A DNA stretch of 54,434 nucleotides, counting the filler, from Sphacelaria rigidula (taxonomy: Eukaryota), in assembly GCA_964200075.2 (NCBI GenBank). It is 5 parts of 5 records of this genome, joined end to end, with 100 filler letters (N's around TTAATTAATTAA, not from the genome) between each part and the next. Parts side by side here need not be neighbours in the genome. Positions count along the whole stretch, not along the records: positions 43,629 to 54,434 come from CAXNAA020005879.1; 4 more parts are not named here. The stretch is one strand, 5' to 3'. A program made the translations under genes and the position numbers. A model generated the notes under the pieces. It saw only the letters and a list, made by a program, of their open reading frames with translations. It was not told where the DNA came from and made no database searches. Shown piece after piece: positions 46,879 to 54,434 of this stretch. Position 1 is the stretch's first letter. The number at the start of each line of letters is the position of its first letter.

Positions 46879-47734
46879 GCGCCCCTTCGGTTCCAGGGAA
46901 GTCGTTCATGCCCGTGGTCTCCTGGTCGGGTACACTATGACTACGCAATTGAACACGTAAAAGTAAGTGAAAGCCAGCCATATCATGTGCATATCAGTGG
47001 GCAATGAGTGCAGTGTGCGTGGCAAAATATTCGTGCTATCGGTACTAACCTATTGCACTGGTGGCACTACGTATGTCTAGCAGCAGTATGACATACGTTT
47101 TCTTGGGAATATCTTTGCGAGGTCTCGCGCAGCGGTGTAGATGGGGCTTCGCAGTATCTAGCTCAGCATTTGTTAGCACTACACCTTCCTTGATCCACTC
47201 ATCATCCGGTTGTGAGCAATAAAATAGTTAGTTCCACGCACCCACGCACGGTGATAGATTGTCCTGTCGACTTTGCGATTTTTCAATAACTCGTCAGGGC
47301 TCCCGACGCAACCGAACGGTGTTGAGCGAATCCGACACCTGGAGGTACACACCTCAGCACATCATGACAAATGTACAGTATCTATAATCGCCAAAGTGGC
47401 TCTGATGACATGCCTCCCCTCCCCCCCCCCCCCCCCCACCCGCACGTTCCCCGGATTGCCGTGTTACCATTCTATCCCACTACACGGCACACAGTATTGC
47501 GCGGATCCGGCGTTACCACCGATAGTTGCCGAGCCCAGAAATCCGACTTTACCGTTAGGCGAGCTCTGTCTCAGCATGAAGATGGAACCGGCCAGACGAT
47601 ATGATCATCGACGTCCAGGAGAATCATGCCATATGCTCGGGGACTACTCTGATACTGGGAATCGGGGATCCATGCGCGGGGGTGATCAGCTGCTACCCTC
47701 GTTGTTTTCTCGATCCAAGAGTTGGTCCAACTAG
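46879..47734 (+). CDS. Candidate last two exons of an unknown gene
   Basis: 46879(or 46872)-46962 with donor GTAAGT joins in phase to 47495-47734 (TAG): ..VHYDYAIEHVK-YCADPALPPIVAEP.. No recognisable domain. Confidence 0.3.
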
Positions 47735-48273
47735 AGGAAACTGCGGTGATGCTCCCGGTGCCCGTCGATATTTCCTTTGTCTGCCTCTTAGAAGCTGGTA
47801 CGCCGAGCTAATGTTAGGATTGAAAATGCGTACAGTATGTACATCCCAGACGGTCGTTCAAGGCCGATTTTCCATTTTTACTCCGGGAGTTATTGTCGCC
47901 AGTTCGGTGACTACTGTCGTAGCCCTATCTACCTCGCTGTTTTGCACACGAACCAGCGATGATAACCGCAAGCAGCAGCAGTTGCTGAGTATGGCTGGTG
48001 AGATATATGTCTCCTTATCTCCCACCCCTAGCCGACCAAGCCCGCGCTCAAACGCGCCTCACCCACCGCACTCTCTTCTACCGCTACCTTCGCCGAGCTC
48101 AGCGCGGCAGTCAACGGGCACAGGGGTAGTGCGGCTAAAACTCACCCTAATTGAACCTTCAGTCGGCACCCTGCTCGAGCCTTCAGCCGGCAAAACACGT
48201 TGGATTTCTCAACGTTCAGATCGCTGAATTTTCCCCGAACGTCTGCTCCCATAGTCAATGTATCAGACTGAGA

Positions 48274-48593
48274 CCGCGATACCCCCCCCCGAAGCCAGCC
48301 GCAAAACTGTCACGAAGAAAATGGTCATACAGCGTATGATAGCATGTGAAGCGCCTAATATGGGCGACATCGGCGAAAACAATCCCAAGCGTGGGAGTCC
48401 CGAACTTCTCCGTGTGCTCGCCTTTTGTCATTATGATTTACATGTAGGTTTTGCCTCCACAAACCGACCACTTTTCTAGGGGGGCGTACTCATTTGTTGC
48501 TTGCCTTAGTCGTTTGACCATTGACCACGCATCCCTTTCGAGACGGAGCAACTTTGCACTTTTCTAGGGGGGGGGAGGGGGGGTGCTATTGGG
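48274..48593 (-). mobile_element. MITE family A copy interrupted by a family B element
   Basis: Reverse complement is colinear with 2226-2466; the B insertion sits in the terminal G-run. Confidence 0.75.
48485..48556 (-). mobile_element. Family B element with perfect 16-bp TSD
   Basis: CACTTTTCTAGGGGGG at 48469-48484 and 48557-48572 flanks the element. Confidence 0.9.
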
Positions 48594-48669
48594 CATCAGT
48601 CATCAGCGCCCACTGCCGCGCCCACTGTGTCTCTTGTTATATCTCCGAACAAACTCGGGATCCCCCCCA

Positions 48670-51600
48670 TCACTTTTTTTTGTCGTAGATCGCGCTGTCA
48701 CCATCCCCTCGGCCCCCACGGCCCCCGCCGGTGCTTGAAGTCGCGGACTTGGCGACCCGTGTGACCGATCGAGCAAAAGCTCGCTTGTACATGATCTTGC
48801 CCTCTTCCACGGTGAAGAACCGACGCAGGCGCGGCGGGGGTGGTATCACATGCGCCACTTTCTTGTAGTATCCCTGGCGCATCCATACTTCGGTCAGGCG
48901 GCTGTGGGCCTTGAGGATGTTGACGTGTTTGAGAGCTTGCAAGCGCGTTCGATATCTGCTGGATTTGTGTTGCAGCAGAAGCTCCACCATGTGTGGATAA
49001 ATCTGGAAGCGGTGCGGTTGGCGAGAAAAACGCCGAAGATTACGGTCGTTCAGCTATAGGGATTTCCCGACGCATTTGAGTGTTGTTCTACGCGAGAACG
49101 ACGAGTCGATAATGAAAGGTACACGAGACAGGGATGCTCTGGGTGGCACCGGCGATAGTGCGACCAGGTTTGCAGAGAGCGATGCACGTCGAAAAGCGGT
49201 ACGAAAAAACCCATCAGGGAACATGAACTGTCTGTTGAAGACGTGCTGAGGACAACGTGAGATCGCTGTTTGGCACACAGAAGCAACTCGGTAATGACTA
49301 TGTTGATTCTGCAACGAAGGGTCTCAGACTCGAGCTCAGGAACCCCTTGTCAATGTGAGCACGGCTAAAGAGTTGTCAATGTCAAATAAAGCGCGTTTGC
49401 CGCAGGATGTGTTGCTCATTGTATCACAGATCACAAGGTCCGCTCAGGAGCGTTACTTCCTGACGCTGTTGGCTGCGTAAGCCCCTTGTTCAAACTAAAG
49501 CAGGCGGACACAGGTCACCACTACCGCTCAGACCGCTCTCACCGTGAAACGCTCGTACGCAGATAACTCCCGAACATGAATTTCTCGCGTCCGTCTCAAC
49601 CAGCGCACTATCTCCTCCTCCTTCGCTTCGTCGGAAACATACATCCTTCGCTTCTTCTCGTCCTCGTCGTTAGACTCGCATGATTTCGCATCGTTGGTGC
49701 TAGCTTCCTTCTTCGTCGTTCGTGCTCGACTTGCCCTCGCCCGTCCCCGTCTCTTGCTGGTTTTGCTGGCCGCACCGCCCCCCCTAGCCCCTCGCCGAGG
49801 CACCGGCTGTTGCTTGGAGATCTTCTTTGCCGTCAATGCCGTCCCTGTTCCTACCACTGTTGAAGCGGGGTGGTTAGGGCCGACGGGTCCGCTTTTTGAA
49901 GGTCGAGGTGAGGTCGATCTCTCAAGAGGTGGTGATGGAGGCGGAAAAGGCGCTGAAGGCGGTCGTGCGGGAAACATGCCATCCCAATGGCGCACGAGTG
50001 CATACACGTGAGCGATCGTGCATTCTGCTCTCTGACGTGTCACGCGTTGTAGCCGTCGAGACGCCCATCTGGATGAGGTGTATACAGATGTATGCTTAGT
50101 TGGGGAAAGTTGGCATGTTTATGAGGGTAGCGCAGGAACGATATCTGTACTGTAATAGCAATGCGTGGCGACATATCGTCTTATGGCCGAATGATCGAAT
50201 TGTGTTTCCACGGGGGTTTGTCGTGTCATTCCGTAGTGGGATTGTGGAGTGCCAAAAGTCATGGTACAGATTGCTTAGGGACGGAGTTTTTCTACCGTGG
50301 ACGTTATCCACGTTACGGAGGAACTCACCGCAGGCGCTTGGCGTACCGGACGATGGCATTTGAGTTTGTGAGTGCGCTGAGGGCTCCCGCCAGGATATTG
50401 GCAGCCGCAGTTCTCCGCCGGTGCAGCGCCGCCCAGAGCAAGAACCGATATACTATGGCTTTCCGGCTGCATGCGGTCGGCGTGAGGATGGCGGTAGCAT
50501 GCGGAAAGATTAGCCGTATAGTTGTGATACACCCTTCGCTTTTAGCCGTGCAAGGTGTGAGTATATGCCCATGCGCAAAGCAAGACGAGTTGAAGAGTTC
50601 ACAATATTCTTTAGGATGTCCTTTTGACAAAGTAAACAGGCATGTATACCCTCAAGTTCAAGGATGGGTTCTTTCTCGGCGAAAGTATTCCCTGTCTATG
50701 GTTGCCGGGCACCATAGCATGCCTGCTCACTTTTCATCGAGCTCCTTCTCCCCGCGGTGTGCTTCCGTATCCGCAAGATGTTTCTGGGAAAATACACGAG
50801 AGTTGGATAGTCCGGTTGGTCACATGAATATTGATGGACGTCAAGCTAGGCGGTGATCGATCGGCATTCGACAGCCTTGCACTTGAAATTTACTCCACAA
50901 GATCATCGATGTTCGGCCATGTATAGTACACAGGATCTCGCAGGGATAGCTCAAGTGCGTTCGGACTAAGCGGTAATCGGAAGCAGGGTAGAGATGCTAC
51001 CGTGGAGACAACTGCGACGAAACTTCTCCGCACCAACTGTTCTTCAACAGTATTCGGTTTGAATACCCGTGGAATATCCGTACATCAATGTCACGCGTAA
51101 ACCCTTTGATTTGAAAAGTCGAAGCAACACATTCGGCGTCTTTACTTCTAGAGTGATGCTACGGTAGGGGTTGTGCTTGTTTAGCTACAAAGGTTCTCGA
51201 GGCTGCTCGGGGCGTTGGAGGGGCCATCTTGTGAATCGGCATCACTTTTACCTGAAAAATACTGAAAAACGATGTCGATTCACAAAACGGACCCCGCTTG
51301 CAAACACCATGTTTCTGGGAGTCCGGTCCCCAAAGGGCGAGGGTTGCACAGTAAGCCGCATCTATTTGCGCTCCTACAAGAAGGAGAGCCCCAGAGCCGC
51401 AAAGTGCGACCCCTACCGTAGCATTGCTCTGCAGATCATGTTACCGGTAATTGACCCAATGAGACCTCGACTACAGACTAACAAGCAGGGGGCTACACAA
51501 CTCTCTGACGGTAACGGAGACAGGCCTAATTAGCACTCACGAAAAGCAGGAGACGTCGGACGCTAGCGACCACAACCATCCAGAATCGCGCGTTCCCTCC

Positions 51601-52188
51601 CGTCCTGTCGAAAACTCGCTTGTACACCAACTCCGCAAAAACCCGATCACGAACAATCTTGCTCGCTTTGATTTCGTGATTCGCTATTGCTGTGTCTGCA
51701 ATAAGACGGCGCTGGATGGCATCGCGCGCGACCACGGCCATGTCTCTCCTGTCGTCGCAAATCGCGGCACAAACGTCAGCGTCCGGACGTGCTCAGCAAT
51801 GCACGTCCCTGGGTGCTATATCGTGATAATACTACGGCAAACTTGGGGGATGTCTGTGCGCCAAGTATCACAGGAGTTTATCGGCATCAAGCACGTTCAT
51901 TTTCCTTGAGACGACGTGTATGTAGGCGACCAGCTTCCTGTAAGGTGCGGGCGATACCCAAAAATCATCCCCGTAGCCCCCCGGTCGCTTAGGTGATGAA
52001 TTTTTCTCCTGAGCACGAAGAACACAATGATGAAAGAGTCTACGAAGATGCACCTTTCCGCTCGAAGACATGACGCAGTTTGAAAGGACTCCAGCTGCCT
52101 TCTCCTGCGGCAGCATCGAGGGGCGGTGGCATGGCACCGATTCTCTCGAACGAAGTTCCGTGCGCTGGCCCATCTCCCCAGCAGCTCT
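48670..52188 (-). CDS. Uncharacterised multi-exon protein, basic and helical with an IQ-like segment; 5' exons unresolved
   Basis: Six GT-AG exons join in phase without stops: 52188-52054, 51748-51541, 50783-50731, 50466-50329, 50068-49543 and 49002-48670 (TGA). Includes ..FWMVVVASVRRLLLF-KHLADTEAHR..AAANILAGALSALTNSNAIVRYAKRLR-WASRRLQRVTRQR..ALVRHW.. A further candidate exon lies at ~53550-53406. Confidence 0.75.
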
Positions 52189-52327
52189 CTACATACAAAG
52201 ACGTACACAGCAAAAAATAGGAGTGAGGTGCATGATGGGCTGTGCAGAAGTTTGTAGTGTGGGTGTGGTGAACACCCATGAGAATACGCACAGCAGAACT
52301 TCGCCCCTCGGTTGCTTTGTGGTCGGT

Positions 52328-52392
52328 GCTCCGTCTCGAAAGGGATGCGTGGTCAATGGTCAAACGACTAAGGCAAGCAACAAACGAGTACG
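52328..52392 (+). mobile_element. Family B element
   Basis: Full unit followed by a long C-run; degenerate TSD CCCCTCGGTTGCTTTGTG / CCCCTCTGGTGCTTTGTG. Confidence 0.85.
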
Positions 52393-54159
52393 CCCTCCCC
52401 CCCCCCCCCCTTCCCCCTCTGGTGCTTTGTGTGACTAGGTCTACAGCTAGTGGAGCTGATTCAAGATGTACTGTACTTTGCGGGGTACATCTGGACAGGC
52501 GCGTAGCGCAATTGGCGTGTCACTTTTTGGTACCTGTTTCTTGGCAAAATCGGCGTACTTTTACGTTGCCGTGGGCAAACGACTAGGCACCGCCGCAGCT
52601 TTCCGATTTGTTATGCTTGCGGTGGCATCTTTGGGTCATCTGTGCGCAGTTATTGCACCCTATTGCTAACGTGTACAAGAATAACCAAAGCGAGTGTGGT
52701 ATGCTACATCGCTACCTCTGTGTATTACTAGCCTTGTGTTGTATCTTTTGTTCTGTTTCTCTTTCTTCATTTTACTTTGTCCTTTCTTTCATCGTATTTC
52801 CCCTTTCTCGAGTTTTCCTTAGCGTGTGTTTCCATTTTTATTGGCCTTCGGTACACATATCTTGTGACCACGGTAGGCTCCTAGGGGATCAGATAATGTG
52901 CGAGATTCAATCAATCATTTACTTACGTCTAGAGAAGGACGCCCCTACGGATCGTGTGTCATTGCTGGTTCCATCATTCAGGTGACGAGGGGAGATAGTC
53001 GAGGCGTAATATGACCCAATATGTCAGTCTCATCTCACGTGGCTTTCGTATTATGACGAAGCATATGTTTGAAACAAACTTCTGAATATTGCGACAACCC
53101 GTATGGCGATGCCCCGATCACGAATCATGTGGAAGCCAAAGGGACAGGAATCCTATTGCATACATCATCTTTTTGCGCCGATTTCACGAAGCATGGGACA
53201 TGGCACATAAGTTACTACAGGGTCCGTGAGCGTAAGGCCCTCGATGACACACGGCTTCCTGGTACAAGGTCGACACTGCAATCCTCCTCTCAACCCGAGC
53301 GTGTCTATGCTTGTCGAAATATAAAACAATTGGACTGTGACACTTAGCGAAGCCTTTAAACGGATCAAACACCCGAGAAGTTGCACGCGATATATTAGAT
53401 GTCACCTGGAAATATGACGCCTTCTCAGTAGGAATAGGACGTTGCTTCTGCACAAAGAGTGGTTGCCGGGAATTAGATGGTTCTGGCAAACCTGGTTCTG
53501 CTGACGTTGTCATTTTTTCGACACTAGAGAGAGTGTTCAGGGTGCACTCCCTGCGGTAGATCTATCAACATTATCAACAGTTCACTGCAGTAAATCTTAG
53601 TGGTTGCACCGCTGAGTACTTGGGTGCATGCCTTCCGACACACAGTGAGAAGGAGGCGTCGTTAACACCCAAAGCTCTGCGGTGAACACTATGGTCTCAA
53701 ACTAGTCTCGCAAGAAGCGTTATCGTGGTTGTCGGGATACCAAAGGTTACTTGAAGTGAACACGGATGCTGCGCGCGAGCGTGATGTACAAACTGCCTGG
53801 TTCAATCGGTAGGGCCTGGAATGATCAGAGACTTCAGTGTGACTCTAGAACGGCGGCGAAATGTCTCGAACTAGTCCAAGAGTCCTCTGTAAGGCGATTT
53901 TTCATCGCCAGAAGAGCGGTTTGTCTCCTCCACCGGATAGCTACGAAGCACGCCCGTAAGTTTATGATTGTGCATTGTATATAGACTCCTGGATGTTCTG
54001 GTCGTGATTTTTTTTTCCTGTCGAGGTTACCAATCCGGACAACACGGAAGCACCTTGCCACGAGAGGATAGTCGGGTGCGGCAAGGCCATCAACACAGCG
54101 CTCAAAATATCGCTTCGGGTCATGTCGCGATACCCCTCCCAGAACGGTGGCTGATTCGA

Positions 54160-54339
54160 GGATGAAAAAGACGAAGGCTGAGCACACCGAGCAATTGGAA
54201 ACTCCTGCGCTTGGGGCCGCTTCCACCAATATCGCCAACATGAGGCCCTTCATGGAGTCTGAAACGAGCCATCATTCGCTGTATGGCCATTTTCTTCGTT
54301 ACACTTTTGGGGCTGGTTTAGGGGCGGGGCGGGGGGGGG
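54160..54339 (+). mobile_element. MITE family A, partial copy
   Basis: GAGCACACCGAGCAATTGGAAACTCC..TATGGCCATTTTCTT..GCTGGTTTAGGGG. Confidence 0.7.
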
Positions 54340-54404
54340 CGTACTCACTTGTTGCTCGCCTCAGTAGTTTGACCATTGACCACGCATCCCTTTCGAGACG
54401 GAGC
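54340..54404 (-). mobile_element. Family B element inside a G-run
   Basis: GGGGCGGGGGGGGG-like runs on both sides of a full unit. Confidence 0.85.
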
Positions 54405-54434
54405 TGGGGGCGGGGGGGGGGGGGGGGGGTTTCA

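Noticed and set aside
1-54434. Endogenous giant-virus, Fanzor/TnpB or intact transposase/RT genes
   Set aside because: No long intronless ORF or recognisable motif for these was found in any frame.

Overview
Eukaryotic nuclear DNA, intron-rich and repeat-rich, most likely from a brown alga (inferred from bipartite plastid-targeting N-termini, GT-AG multi-exon genes and the style of the SINE/MITE content). The window is not one locus. It is five contigs of 10808, 10807, 10807, 10806 and 10806 bp, in decreasing length order and joined by 100-bp N44-TTAATTAATTAA-N44 linkers, so nothing should be read across the joins. Genes reconstructed exon by exon: an organellar (probably mitochondrial) ribosomal protein uL4 (+, 14667-20551, first exon not found); the 5' part of an SLC4/BOR-family anion transporter with a signal peptide and transit-like extension (-, 30339-22752, runs off the contig), head-to-head with the first exon of a second probably plastid-targeted gene; a decayed spliced PPP-family Ser/Thr phosphatase (+, ~36967-42790); and a 6-exon-plus uncharacterised helical protein gene (-, 52188-48670). 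The rest is tRNA-SINEs, piggyBac-, Harbinger- and Tc1-like MITEs, foldback elements, copia relics and satellites. The most unusual signal is a set of very short, apparently structured, poly(A)-less elements (a ~65-bp family, a longer relative and a third family). Nearly all copies end at a C-run or C-rich target, several with ~11-18-bp target-site duplications, which suggests a poly(C)-targeting retroposon system. Its autonomous driver is not present in this window. Most ORFs in the supplied track are spurious.
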